DNA of 63,463 nucleotides, filler included, from Ministeria vibrans ATCC 50519 (lineage: Eukaryota > Protista > Filasterea), in the NCBI GenBank assembly GCA_943704425.1. It is 6 parts of 6 records of this genome, joined end to end, with 100 filler letters (N's around TTAATTAATTAA, not from the genome) between each part and the next. Parts side by side here need not be neighbours in the genome. Positions count along the whole stretch, not along the records: positions 12,968 to 28,964 come from CALSCP010002434.1; positions 29,065 to 44,687 come from CALSCP010002399.1; 4 more parts are not named here. The stretch is one strand, 5' to 3'. The position numbers and the translations under genes are program-made. Positions 24,565-38,399 of this stretch are shown piece by piece. Within the stretch, counting starts at the first letter, position 1, and every line of letters begins with the position of its first letter. Under the pieces are notes generated by a model. It had not been told where the DNA came from. It did no database searches and saw only the letters and a program-made list of their open reading frames with translations.

Positions 24565-27500
24565 ATGAAGTCCTCCTCCTTTTGGTTGGGAATCTTCCTC
24601 CCGCTTGCTGTCGCTGTCAGCATCGTCGCAGCCTCTGATGAACCTTCGGACACGCTATTGGGTACGTTGCTCTATGCTGTAGAGGAGGCGATTTGATCTT
24701 ATTTCTGGTTTTTCGTTTTTTCCAGAGCAAAACGTCGAAGCACATTCTTTGCGGACACGACGCGAAGGACTCATGTGCGCCACGTAAGTCACACACCAGT
24801 CTCTTTTACATTTGAGCCCAACCCATTGGTGTGTTGTTTTCCGCCAGAATGTGTCTGAATGGGTTCACCTGTGCCACGGCGGGGGGCCCCTGCGACTGCC
24901 AGGGCAGCCCCTACTTTACCGCGCCCGACTGCGCCTTCCGCCGACTGTGCCCTTGTGCAAACGGCGGCAGTTGCATCACTTCAACGGTGACTGACCTTGC
25001 CAGTACCGCGTGTGTGTGTTCGTTTGAGTACCAGGACCAGCTGTGCACAACCATTGACACCTGCCTCAGCAGTCCCTGCTCCACTGGCGAGACGTGTGTG
25101 CTCAGAAACCACGCCTACGACATGGTATTGGTGCTTGACAACCGCGGTAGTCATGACAACATGACGCGATTGCTCATCGAGCAATACGCCATCACCTTGG
25201 TCAGACAATATTATTTTTGAATCACGAAAATAATAGAAAACGATCACTCAAAACGTCTTCACTTTTTTTCTTGGCTTCAGATTGAAAGTCTTCCCGACGA
25301 TGCACGCGCAACGCTTGTGGTCTATAGCGGTCCGCAGTACCCCGATTTGGCGAATCCCACTTTGGCGCGGCCATTACTCTCGCCAGGCTTTGTGGCGATG
25401 AACGAGATTGTGAGTGGAGGTCAGACGGGACGCGAGGTGCTGCTCAAGTCAATCGCAGAGACGTTCAGCGATTCTTTCTTGCCTTGGTCGGTTCTATGGG
25501 ATGCGCTGCATGACGCTATTGCGTATGCTCTGACTGCTGGAACGAGTGGCAAGAGTGTCATTGTGGCGCTGACGGACGGTGTCGACGAGGTGAGCGCACT
25601 CAACGAATACGCAGTCGACAAGACCAATTTCCCTGACGGCGATGCCATTGGCGCGACGGGTGCCAACGACGGCAATCCTCTCGACGACTATGCCACGGGC
25701 GTGTGCATGTCACCGCTTCCCCTCCACGTTGTCGGGTTTTCTGTGATCGATGCCAATTTGCCACTGCTTCAGGAGGTCGCTCTCACATCCAGTATGAAAT
25801 TTTCTATTCGTATTCATGGTGAAGATGCCGTCGTTTGACGTTGTTTTTGTAGATGGTGGTACCTATCAGCATTTTTCAAACGCTCCTCTGTACAACTTTC
25901 TGGGACCGTCGTTCTCCGTTGAGTCTGGCTACGATTGCGTGTCGAGAACGGGACCGTGTGCTTCGAGTCCGTGTCGCAACGGCGCGACGTGCAGGGACGA
26001 TGGCGTCGCATTTGTTTGTGCATGTGGCTGTGGCTATCAAGGAACGTTGTGCGCAACAAACATTGACGAGTGCGCGTCGAACCCCTGCCAGAACGGCGGG
26101 GCGTGTACGGATCGTTCGTGCGGGTTTTCGTGCAGTTGCCTGACAGGCTTTACCGGCAGTGAGTGTCAGACGAACCTGGAGGAGTGCGCGTCGAACCCGT
26201 GCCAGAACGGAGGGACGTGTGCTGATGGAGTGAATGGCTATGCTTGCACGTGCGCCTGTGGCTATGAGGGAACGCTGTGCGCAACAAACACCAACGAGTG
26301 CGCGTCGAGTCCATGTCAGAACGGCGGGGTGTGCTCGGACGGTGTTTGTGGCTACACTTGTGCTTGCCCAAGTGGCATTTTTGGGCCTGAGTGCCAGACC
26401 AACGTCGACGAGTGTGCTTCAAGTCCCTGCCAAAATAGTGCAACCTGTACCAATGACGTTGACAGGTTTACGTGCATTTGTGCATGTGGCTATGAGGGAA
26501 CGCTGTGCGCAACAAACACCAANNNNNNCATGTGGCTATGAGGGAACGCTGTGCGCAACAAACACCGACGAGTGCGCGTCGAGTCCATGTCAGAACGGCG
26601 GGGTGTGCTCGGACGGCGTGTGTGGCTACACTTGTGTGTGTTCGGTTGGATATGCTGGTGCAAGTTGCCAGACCAACGTCGACGAGTGCGCGTCGAACCC
26701 GTGCCAGAACGGAGGGACGTGTGCTGATGGAGTGAATGGCTATGTTTGCACGTGCGCCTGTGGCTATGAGGGAACGCTGTGCGCAACAAACACCAACGAG
26801 TGCGCGTCGAGTCCATGTCAGAACGGCGGGGTGTGCTCGGACGGTGTTTGTGGCTACACTTGTGCTTGCCCAAGTGGCATTTTTGGGCCTGAATGCCAGA
26901 CCAACGTCGACGAGTGTGCTTCAAGTCCCTGCCAAAATAGTGCAACCTGTACCAGTGACGTTGACAGGTTTACGTGCATTTGTGCATGTGGATATGAAGG
27001 CTTGCTGTGTGAAACAGCCATTAACGAGTGTGCCTCGAGTCCTTGCCAAAACAGCGGCGTGTGTTCAAGCAACGTTTGTGGTTACACGTGCGCTTGTTCC
27101 GTTGGATTTTCCGGGGCCGACTGCCAGACCAACGTCGAAGAGTGCGCGTCAAGTCCTTGTCAGAACAGTGCGACTTGTGTCGACTTAGTTGCAGGGTTTA
27201 CCTGTACCTGTTCCACAGCTTCAACGGGCGAACGGTGCGAGACGATTCTCGATGAGTGTGCTCAGCTTGCCATGCCGTGTCTCAACGGAGGTGTTTGTCT
27301 TGTGGTTTCGGGTGGTGTACCCGCATGCAGCTGTCCCCCAGGCTATACGGGCGAGGCGTGTCAGAGCCGTGTTGATGTGTGTGCCTCGTCTCCCTGTCCC
27401 AGTGGCTCTACATGCACGCTAGTGAGCCTGACGACTTTTTCCTGCGTCTGTCCGGCCGGTTTTGCAGGCGTGACGTGTGCCGAACTTGACGAGTGTCAGT

Positions 27501-28964
27501 CTTCGCCGTGTGCCACAAGTGCTACTTGCCTTAATCTGGTCGACACATTTCAGTGCGTGTGTCCCGTCGGCGCGACTGGTCTTCTCTGTGACCTCCCGGA
27601 TCCGTGCCTTTCGTCGCCCTGCCCCGCCTCGTCGTACTGCAACGTGTCGGTCGCAAGCGGCACCTTTACATGCATCCTTGCCTGCAGTCCATCGCCCTGT
27701 CTTAACGGTGGTACGTGCGTCACTGGCACCACTGCTGACACCTGTGTGTGTCCGGTGGGCTATACGGGCGCACTGTGTGCCTCTGTCGTCAATCCATGTG
27801 ATAGCAATCCCTGTCACAATGGCGCCACGTGCTTTCCTAACTTGCTTGCGCAGAATTTCACGTGTACCTGCCTTGCGGGGTTCAATGAGACCTACTGCGC
27901 CGGCGTGGTGGGCAGCACCGATGACGATGCGGCACTCAGCGCCACTCCCTTTAATGTGCCGCTGTGGATTGTAATACTTGTTGCCATGTCACTCTTGATT
28001 GTCTTGGCCATTCTCGTCCTGCTTGCCGCCGCACGCAAGCGCCGTCGTGAGGACAAGGAGATGCGTCGTCTCATGGCCAGCCACGAGGTGGATCAGCTCA
28101 CGGCGAACAGTCGACACAACTCCATTGCATCGTCGACCATGCATTCGACTTCAATGACCGTAGCGTCTCAGCATTGGACCAACGACACTCTGGGCAACGC
28201 CTCTTCCTCTCCAACCACGAGTGCAGGTGGTCGCAAGGGCTCGCGCACATCTGCCATCCTCCCGCCAACCCAAAACAACCCCAGCCAAGCAGCGACCTTG
28301 CCGCCTGCGTCGTCGGCACCACATGGCGTAGCGGGCAGAGGTAATGACGTGATGGATTCGTCGCCGCCGTTGCTCGTGACAAGCGGTCGCCATACATCGA
28401 TGGCGCGCTCTCGTCGCTCGAGCAGCCAAACGTTGGATCGAGACATGTCGACTGACTCGGTGTTTGAGTCGAGTCTCACGTCACTTTTGGCCGCATCGGG
28501 CTCGTCGTCGCGTGGCTACTCAAGCTTACCATCGGGCCCGGGGGGCAACAACTCGGTCTCCTTGCCTGGCCTCACTGACTGGATTGATGATACACCGATG
28601 TCGCCAAAGACCATTCGTGAAGAGGAAGAACCCGACGATGAGAAGACCAACTTGCTCGACTCTCGTCGATCAAGTTTCAAACGTGCTCCTCGCTCCATCC
28701 TGACCGCCTCGTTGGGTGCTGCCGTGGCTCAGGCGAGTCTCAGTCGTCGTGGGGGGTCATCTGCAGTCGATGGAGACGTGTCAGCAAATCCCGTTGCAGA
28801 ATGGCAACAGCAACGAAATGAGGCTGGCGACGCCACCTGGCTCGTCGATGCCGATGACGGTGGTTGCATGCAGGAGGAGGTGCAGCAGGTTGCCGCGCCG
28901 ATCGTGACGTCTGTTAGTGGTGGCAACGATGCCCCCCCTCCACCCCCGCCGCCTCGATCGGAAG
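24565..28964 (+). CDS. Type I membrane protein: signal peptide, EGF, VWA domain, about 17 (cb)EGF repeats, TM helix and long Ser/Pro-rich cytoplasmic tail; 3' truncated
   Basis: MKSSSFWLGIFLPLAVAVSIVAA; VWA DMVLVLDNRGS...IVALTDG...LHVVGF; repeats NVDECASNPCQNGGTC; TM VPLWIVILVAMSLLIVLAILVLLAAA-RKRRR. Confidence 0.88.
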
Positions 28965-29284
28965 NNNNNNNNNNNNNNNNNNNNNNNNNNNNNNNNNNNN
29001 NNNNNNNNTTAATTAATTAANNNNNNNNNNNNNNNNNNNNNNNNNNNNNNNNNNNNNNNNNNNNTTTTTTTTGCATAACCCACAAAATAACTCTGTGTGT
29101 GTGTGTGCGTTAACACCTGTCGTGTGATTTGAAACGCGCGGTGGGGGTGGGGTGTGTGCGCTCTGGGGCTTTCCCCATTGCGAATGATAGTTTGTGTCTC
29201 TAAAAAGTATTTTTAAAAACGTCTCTCTGTCGGCTCTGTAGACGCCCAGCAAGTCCGGCTCGACCCTCTCGCTCTCCACTGTGC

Positions 29285-30690
29285 TTGAGGGACAGGCGCG
29301 CCACGATTCAACAATCGTCGAATTTGAGGTGTGACGGGAAAAAAAAAGCTAAAAATAAGAGGAAACTTCAAAGCTCACTTTTTGCTTTGTATGTTTGTGC
29401 GTCTGTCGCTCAGGAGAGCCACGCGTTTGGCACTTCGCCTGGGGAACTTGTTGCCAAGCCAGCAATCCGTGGTGCAACGAGTGTGCCAGACTCACTCGAT
29501 AAGATTGGTCGTGACGACAGTCCTTCGTCGTCGCCGTCTGGCCGGCAGAGTGCCTCGGGTAGCTTTGGTCGACGTCTCTCGTCTCCCTTTCTGTCGGCTC
29601 TGAGAAGACTATCGTCAGGATCTCTTTCTGCTTCTCAAGATGATCTGATCAATCCAATGCGAAGCGGTACGCAGGAGACCCAGGTGGCTGTTGTTGATGT
29701 GACGATGCACACTTGTAGTGTTTGTTGAAGAAGCGCTCTCGAACCCATTGGAAGAGAGCACCTGGAACGAAGTATTTGACAATCCACTCTGCACAACACC
29801 CCCAACGATTGTCTCCATGGTACAGCCAAACAATATCAACTCTTCGTACAATGTGGCGACTCAATTTTTTGTGTTTAGTACGAAGAGCCGTTGCGCTCAC
29901 CGTGTCCCGGCTGGACTTACCACCCGACGGTCCTGAAGAACATTGACGCACTCAAACTCAGAGCAGAAAAAAACACAGCAGATCAAGTCAGAATTTAAAA
30001 ATCGTGGCCATAGTGATATAAACTAATTACGTGTGCATGTAGGATTCTGCGGCGATGCACTATAGCAAGAAAATGGCATCGAACACCAACACGCGCGTGT
30101 TTGTGCACCAGTACCGCACACCCGACTCGCACAGGTTGCGTCCGCTTGTCGTCACATCGCTCGCAGACGTCACGCACAATCTCACGCAGGTTCTTGTGTG
30201 GACGCAGGAGACAGTCAAGCTGGTTGTGTTGCCATGGAAACAGTCGGGTGTCTTTGCGTCCTTTTCGACTGCCCGTTCGATTCTCAAAGTAAGAGCCTCA
30301 TAGAAAGATAGAAAGGAAACAATGTGATAGAGGAGAGAAAATTCACATTAATTGACTGTGTCATGTGCATTTTTGGTGCAGAAACTGTCCGATCTGTACC
30401 GAGAAGATAACGAACTGAGCCACGAACTGCTCCAAATGCGCGAAGTGTCCAATTCGCCTGAACTGTCTATACTCTTTGTCAAGTTTGAGCGCGACCACTA
30501 CAAATTCTTCACAACGTTAGAGTATAAAATTGGAGTGATTTATGTCAAACGCGGTCAGCGGTTTGAGCAACAGTTCTTTGGGAATAACGAGGAGTCTCCC
30601 GCGTTCACTCAGGTAAAAGGGACTAAAAATGTTTTTTCTGCGTTCAAGTATGTGTCTATGTGTGTGTATGTGTGTATGTGTGTGACAGAC

Positions 30691-30726
<36 letters not shown>

Positions 30727-31559
30727 ACACACGCAGATATTGACTCATATTTCATTTTGGCTCAGTTTCTGCGACTTTTGGGGGTCAAAGTGCCGTTAAA
30801 AGGATGGCCGCATTTCAATGGAGGATTAGACGTAAAGAACGACACAAGTGGGTCACACTCAGTATACACGCGCTGGAAAGGAAATCAGATCATGTCAGAA
30901 CAATTTCTACTTCTTATTTTCACACTCTCACTCACCGTCTTCTTTTGTGTTGTTGTAGGTACCATGTATGCACTATGCTCCCACACAGCGAAAAGGACAT
31001 GGCGCAAGTACAGCGCAAGCGACACATCTCCAACGACGTGTGTCTAGTGGTGTTTAGTGAGGACGCAAGGGGTACCTTCGTGCCCTCATCTATTCAGTAA
31101 GGAGACGTGACAGATCACTCTATTCTATTTGACTCGTAGTACTCGTTTTTTTTTTCTCGACTCGTTCTCACTTCTACTTTCTCTTTTGCCCAGGACCCAC
31201 TTCCAACACGCCTGTGCTATTATCACTCCTGCAGGTCTCAGACAAAACGACAAACCACTGTACACTATCGACTTTGCGACTCGCGATGATGTGCCCTACT
31301 TTGGGCCAGACATGTCCTGGTACACACCACACATCCGAACACACATAGCTACACAAACACATGCCATAATTCACTTTTGTGTATTCATCTCAGGCAAACT
31401 CACGAGTGGGGACAAGAAATGCGCGACTTTCTGTTTGCTAAGTTGCTCAATGCGCAAAACGCTGCAATGCAGGCAGAAGGATTACGTGCACCCATGAGCA
31501 ACTACCGCCGCACTGCCCTGGATCACATTATTACTGTTGCCACCACAAAGGCAAAATAA
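29285..31559 (+). CDS. Rap/Ran-GAP domain protein (Rap1GAP-like), multi-exon; start approximate
   Basis: YKIGVIYVK.GQ, FGNNEESPAF..FL.LLG.KVPLKGW, GGLDVKND.SG.HSVYT, IMYHVCTMLP, QRKRHISND, FLFAKLLNAQNA. Confidence 0.9.
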
Positions 31560-31745
31560 CCTCACTTCTCTGTCTTTCTTGTTCTTGCATTGTAAAATTT
31601 TCTCTTCACTCTCGTCTCTACACTTTTCTCTTCCTGTTCTTTCATTGTAAAAACCTTCTCTTCACTCGTGTCTATACTTTTCTGTTCTTTCATTGTAAAA
31701 ACTCCACTTCACTCTCGTCTCTACTTTTCACTCTCACTCTCTATG
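31560..31745. repeat. About three diverged ~50-bp tandem repeats between the convergent 3' ends of RapGAP and SH3YL1
   Basis: TGTTCTT(T/G)CATTGTAAAA....CTTCACTC recurs three times. Confidence 0.8.
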
Positions 31746-31750
31746 TTGAG

Positions 31751-33022
31751 CTATTGAATGCACTCTTTGCAGTAGTTACGGGGGAACGTGCCGGATTCGC
31801 CAGTGCGTTGGTTTGTGCCTTGCCACCAATCATCCAGAGAAGGAGTGCTCTGCGTAACAGTGACAATGTCGCCTTCGACGAGCGCCATGTCACCTTCGGC
31901 ATCTGGTTCAAACGAAGCAAATGCAATGACTTGCTGGATGGTGTCGCCGTGATGTGAGCGGGGACGTGGACGAGGGCGTGGACGTGGAGCTGGAGTGGGT
32001 GAACCTGCCGGGTTGTCAGTGGTCGTGGAAGTGGTGGTTGGGGCTGTGTTGGTGGAGATGGGACGTGGTTTGATGGGAGGGGGAGCAGTGGTGGTGTTGG
32101 TGCTGGACGGACGAGGCTTAATGGGAGGCGGCGAGGCGAGTGTATTTGTCGTGGTGGTAGCGGTGGTGGTTGAGAAGGGTGCAGGCGGGCGTGATGGCTT
32201 TGAGCTGCTTTTGGGGGCAGGAGGACGGGCGGGCGGGGCATTGAGAGAGTGCTTGGAAGCAGATTGAGATGATTGAGATGTTTTGGTGGTTGTTGGTGTT
32301 GCTGTTTTTGTTTCTGTTGTTGTAACAGGAGCCCATGGGTTCACTGAGGCATCTACCTGAGACCAGTCAATCTTGGTAGGGTCCGTGTAAGGCAATTTGG
32401 ACTGCACTGCATCCCAACTGCTGTGTCTGCGATGGCTCGTCTTGACAGGCGGACGGTACCCGACACTCGCACGCGCGCCGCTCGTGTCCGTGCTCTTGAT
32501 GGGCGTTGCCTTGGCGCGGGGCGGAGGCGGTGCACACCGTTCTGCCTTGCTGCGTGACTTGGGTTTCTCTCCACGCGCCGCTGCCTCGTGTCCCCCCTTC
32601 TCACCCAAATGGAGCGTGTCATCATAGCTAAATGTGAGTGTGTTCGTGTGAGACCAGCAGTGTGAAGTGGAAAAGTGGCATAGCGTGTGTTATTTGGTAC
32701 CTTGACCGGTGTTCATAGCCCTGCAGGATCGGACCATCGCCCTTTGTGCTGCCCATACACGCTTCAAACAGTGCCCGATACAGAACCTGAAAAGTAAATA
32801 ATAATAAAAAGATAAAAGGAACTGATTTTTGCTCTTTTCTTCTCTCTTATGTTCTCTTTACTGTTGCTTCTTTGGGGCTCGGTTCGTCGCCACGAAGCAA
32901 CGCTTCTCCCCTCACTTCGTGTCCATACATTTTCGCGTTGGCGTCCTTGCGCTCAAAAAACCCACATGCCTAATACAATGATTGTATTATTATTATGATT
33001 GTTATTATTATTAGTATTATTA

Positions 33023-33059
<37 letters not shown>

Positions 33060-33309
33060 TACTATTATTATTATTATTGTCGTTATACAAGAGATTATAA
33101 TACTGTCAAAAATTAAGGCAATGTATTGTACCTCTAACGTAATGCCACCAAAGAGTCCTTTGCTCTTGCTGTATGCATAGACGGCGGCCGGCTTGATGGC
33201 ACGCACGTCTCCCTCGATATTGCGCCCGACTGGTCCAACGGCAACGGTCAAGTTTGCTAAGAGGAGAGCGTCGGTTGAGACACTCCAAAATATAGTCTCT
33301 CTCTCTCAC

Positions 33310-33400
<91 letters not shown>

Positions 33401-33945
33401 ACTGCTGTGGCTACCTCCAAAGGAGAAGTTGCTCGTTGCAAACGAGTCGACAGCTTGGACAGTGTTCAGAATGAACACAAAGTCAGTGACTTCCAGACCA
33501 AACTAAAACAGACAGTCCAAAAAACCCCCCAAAAAAAACAACACTTTTCAGACTGTGATTGGGAGAGAAGGAAAAAGGATAACCTCAAAGCCGCCGTTGA
33601 TGCCGGACATGCCAATGGCGGCAGGGGCGGTCCAGGTGCCGTTGGCGCGCTTGGCAATGGCGAGACCAGAGCCACCGCGCGCGCCCATGAAGAAGATGCC
33701 GGCCTTGACGACAGAGAGGACGGCGATGCCCTTGCAGTCGCGCAGGATGCCCTCGGGGATGATCCGGTCTGTCAGCTGCGCGGGGGGTGAGCGGGGCGCA
33801 AGGGCGCGTCAGAGGAGAGAGAGTGTGTGTGTGTGTGTGATCAAGTTCGGACCTTCTTGTCGGCTGCGAGCGAGCAGAACTCGCGGATGATGCTCGCCAC
33901 CTTGTGGCACTCGTCCTGGAGGCTTTTTGGTAGGGGTGTATGCAT
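31751..33945 (-). CDS. SH3YL1: SH3YL1/Ysc84-like protein (SYLF domain, Pro/Thr linker, SH3)
   Basis: MHTPLPKSLQDECHKVASII, IIPEGILRDCKGIAVLSVVKAG, GSGLVIA..GTWTAPAAI, TDFVFILNT, YAYSKSKGLFGG; SH3 ASFEPDAEGDMAL..GD...WWQG...GTFPRNY. Confidence 0.92.
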
Positions 33946-34172
33946 ATGGAATATATAAGATAAAACTATAATTATTATTATTATTATTATTAGAAAAAAT
34001 TTATAATAGAAATGTTATTCGTGTTACTCCTTCTTCTGATAAGAAACCCCCGATGAGATAAATTAGTTTAGTATTGTGCTGCTCTTTGTTTTGTATATAG
34101 TCTTGTTTTGACATTGAGTACAGCTTTCGATTCTCTATTTATTTTTCTTATTTTTATTATATAATTATACTG

Positions 34173-35936
34173 TTACTCAACACGATCCTTTCCCACCCGA
34201 AACTGAGGTCTGACCAGAATGTACTTGACGCCACTGCGCACCTCAATCTGCATGTACTTGCTGCACAAGCGCTTGAAAGCAGCCTTGTTGTCGCCCTCCT
34301 TCAGTTTGTACCCTAACATTCTGCGTGTGGGTGTGTGTATCAGTGAGCGATGAATTGAGCGATACAATTGAGTGAGCGATTGTCGAACACGAAACAATAA
34401 AGAAATACAACACGCAATCACACACAAAACAATTTATTATTCATTATAAGTATTACCTAATTCCGGCCACCAGCTTCTCAATGCGATACACAGTATTATG
34501 GACCTTTCGCAGCGAATGCAACACAGCCTTCGGAGTAAGCACCGCAGAATCACTCTGAGCGCGCACTGACTCGTCAGTGAGCGCACTCGTTTCAAAAGCC
34601 GCAAGTGACGCACTACTACCATTACTAGAACTACTTGTTGCTGTTGTTGCTGCTGTTGTTGTAGTGGTGGTGGTGATGGTGGTTGTGGGTTCGCCCTTCT
34701 CTTCGGCCGTCGCTCGTTTCGTTTCGACCTTCTTTGTGCGTTTCTTGCTTGGCTCTGCACTTCCCGGCTCATCTTCGGCCTTACGCTTCTTGCGTGTCGA
34801 TGCCGCAACCATCATAGCATCATCATCATCATCATCATCACTGTCATCACTGTCATCACTGTCCTCCTCCTCCTCCTCACTGCTACTGTCATCGCTCAGC
34901 TCCAGATCACGCTGCTTCTCCTCCTCCTCCGCGCGCTCATTGCGCTCCAACAACTCCATCATCTTCCGCTTGGCTCCATCTTCGTCGTCACTCCACTCCC
35001 CATCCCCATCCCCAATCCGATCCACCTCTCCCATCCCCCCTTGCATTCCATCGTCGACCACAATCCGCTCGTACTCCCGTGCATCCTCCCCTTCATCATC
35101 GCTCACTGCCAAGTCAAAGTCCAAATCATCCTCGCCTTGCTCCACCGCTTGCTCCGCCGAATTGTCCATCCCTCCCCCGCCGCCTCCCGCCGCCTCGTCA
35201 TCCCCGCCCCACTCCCCCTTCTTCTTCTTCTTTCGCTGTGCCGCCGCTGCCGCCGCCTTCTTTTTCTTCTCGTCTTCACTCTCCTCCCACAGGTGCGACA
35301 GCCCCTTTTCCAGCGTCGACTGTGGCGTAATCGAGTCCAACTCGGGCGTACGGTCGACGCGCGGTCGCAAATTGTACCGTCGGAAGTTGTACAGTGGCAC
35401 CACTGCACAGTGGTCCTTCTCCTTGACAAGCACAAAGTAGTGGCCCTCCATGGCCATCTCGCGCCCAATGTAGGTGCGAAACTTGCCAGACGTCGCCGTT
35501 GGCTTTGCGACACGCTCGTGAATCAAATGACTCAGGCGCACATCCGCCTTGCGCGGTCGTCCACCCCATCGCTCCTCACGCATCTTCTGTCGTCGCTTGG
35601 CGTCGCTCCCGCCAAACGTGCTGCCGACGCCCAGCTCAGGCTCAGCCGCAAGTTCGGCATTGCGCTGCTTCATTCGCTCGCGTGCCTCACGTGCCGCCTA
35701 CAACAACAACACCGGGTGTCGGAGGGCGCCACACAGCGTACAGGGGAGGTAGGGTGCTGGTGACGCGCGACAGGGCCCTGAGAAGGCCGCCTTACCTCGT
35801 CTTCGGGATCGGGCGGCTGTTCGCGCTCCGCTGCGACGAACAGCTTTCCATCTACCACTTGTGCACAGTCAAACGACGCCGCGTACACACGCCGCTCCGA
35901 TCCTTCCTTCTTCGACTGTACATACGCCCGGTCCAT
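34173..35936 (-). CDS. GTF2F1: TFIIF large subunit (RAP74-like)
   Basis: PELGVGSTFG, HYFVLVKEKDHCAVVPLYNFRRYNLRP, acidic DLDFDLAVSDDEG linker, C-terminal winged-helix-like FKRLCSKYMQIE. Confidence 0.75.
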
Positions 35937-36324
35937 GATGAGTGGCAGTGACGCGATGGGCTGAAAACAGGAAATCGAGAAAACGTTTCAAATCGGACGA
36001 AGAAAAAAAAAGAAAAAGTATTGTCAAACCTTGGGAGCGAAGCGCGCAGAGTTACTCCCTGATGCCGTAGCGGGGCCAGATTGAGGTTGGGAGTTGGACA
36101 TGAGGGGAAATTTTTATGAATAATGAAAATAAAAAAAAATATTATAATAAATTATTGTATTGTTTTAATCTTAATCTATCATCGACGTCTGAAGAGACTT
36201 TTCTAATTCATTCTCTTTTCAGTCTTACTCTCGGTCTTCAGCCTTTTTCCTCAAGGCTCGGGGGGTGTCTTGTTTTTGCAGTTATTTCAGTACTCTTGTC
36301 TTCTGCATTGAACGAAACTTAACA

Positions 36325-38160
36325 ATGCTTTGCGATCAAGGTCCACAAAAGTGAATCTGTCCAAATCTCAATCAAATCTGACACGCATGCCTCTGTTTTC
36401 CTCATAGAGTGGGCTGGAACGGAAGAATGCGTCCAATGGTCCGCAGCAGAAGAAGCTGCATTCATCGAGGCTCTTCTCGCAGGTGCGAACTTGTTATCGA
36501 GTTTTGCCGCGAATTATAGCTCATCCGCACTCGTAGAGCCCCTTGCAACCTCACTAATTACTAGAGGGTATGCAGTCGTTCCTTTTGGAGACGATCCCGA
36601 CGTCGAAGCAACTCTCTCCGAGTTTTACAGTGCGCTCGCAGACTTTTGCCATTTGGACATTGAAGACAAAGTTAAATTTGCCACTACCACTACACCCGGC
36701 GCCACCTTTACCCCCGATCAAATACATGGCTATTCCCAAGTGAATGGTAAAAATTTTGCACCTCAAAATTCGAAACTGATCGTTTTTATTCAAAATAACA
36801 GGTCTCAAAGAACAGTTCATGATTCGCGCCCAGGGCCCACAAAGCACTCTGATCTCGCCCGTCGGATCATTGCCCAGCCATCATTTTGGACGCAGTGCCC
36901 TCCAACTGTACCTTCACATGGACTCGGCCTGTCGTCGCATCCTCCACACAGTCGCCACACACTCTCACGTTCCGATCAGCCGTGTCAACGAAATTCTCGA
37001 TCCAGAATGCCCCTCTACAGTCGACAAACACAAATCCATCTCAGTCATTCCTGTAAGATTGTTCATTCAATATAATAATTATAACAACCCTTTTTTTTTT
37101 CTCTTAGTGTGACAATCCACAGTTTTGTGTGTGCTCAACCGAGTCTCTGTACCCGCACTACATTTCGACGTCACTTCTCGATGTATTCCACTACATCAAT
37201 CAGTTCCAAGACAAATCCAACGACGAACGGTTTGTCAACAACCACGCATCACACTCAGACTCAGGTGAGACATTGTTATTCAATTTGCACAATTGAATAG
37301 ATACAATAATAATACTAAAACAGTATATAATAATTTTACTATTCTTTAGTACTGTAATTAAAATGTCGTCTCTAATCTCTCTTTCTTTTTTCTTGTCTTT
37401 GTCTATTTTTTTCTCTTCTAATGGCAATTGATATCAAAATGCCTCGCTTCTAAGACCAGTCATTCAATAATCCTCAGAATAAATTGGATACATAAACTAC
37501 AAATTTTTGACTTTTTTGAAATTGTATTTTGCCATAATAATTATGATAATTATATAATTATGATAATTATTATTATATTAATGTTCAGTTGTGATGAAAC
37601 CTGGGGGGCTATGTGCACCATAATTATTACTATCTCTACTCTCTATTACAATTAAAATATTTTTGTTGTATTCTTATTGTTTAGGAATTCTTACGTTGGT
37701 TCCACTAGCGCCCATTCCAGGACTGGAAGTGCGCGATCTGAGCAGCGACCAGTGGCTGCCTCTCGAAGCTATGCTCCAACGCCACCTCACTTGCAGCAGC
37801 AGCTGTATTAGTAGTAGTAGTAGTGCCACGTCAGATACACTCGAAATGCACAACCCGTCCAAAACGCGTCCGAAACGCGTCGCGTGCGTGTTTTTTGGCG
37901 ATTCCATTCGCTATCTGTTGCCGCAACAGAAGCCATGTATGCACAGGGTTGCGCGCTGTACTGCTGAGCGCTACTCGCTTGTTTACAAGATGCGCACAAT
38001 GCCAGTAAGTCACTATTAATACGAATTGAAAATGAGAAAAAATGCGCAACATTTTTCTCCTTTTTAGGCAGCCACCGCTCCCCGATATCAAGAGGATTAT
38101 TTTTTAGCAGTGTTGCAGCAGAATGCTGTCGCAGAGGCCAACCGCACACCCGCTCAAGAG
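36325..38160 (+). CDS. 2OG-Fe(II) dioxygenase (IPNS/DIOX-like), multi-exon; ends approximate
   Basis: TRGYAVV, LLDVFHY, HSDSG|ILTLV (HxD), PGLEV..QW, FFGD, MHRV, RYSLVY (RxS). Confidence 0.85.
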
Positions 38161-38399
38161 TAATTAAAAATAATTAGAAGAAGAAGAAAAATTATTAATG
38201 AAAAATATATAATTATTATTATTATAATAACAATAATTATTATTATTATTAATTATGGCATGAAATAAACGTTAATTAATGGCTCGGGTGCCTCAGGCGC
38301 GCAAGAAGGCAAACAAGATCAATAGACTCTAAGACTGGCACACCGAACGTCTTCACACAACTTGACCAATTATAAGCGATACAATATAATATTTTGTAA

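Noticed and set aside
31010-31040. RapGAP motif KRHISND instead of KRHIGND
   Set aside because: The catalytic Asn is retained; a minor variant
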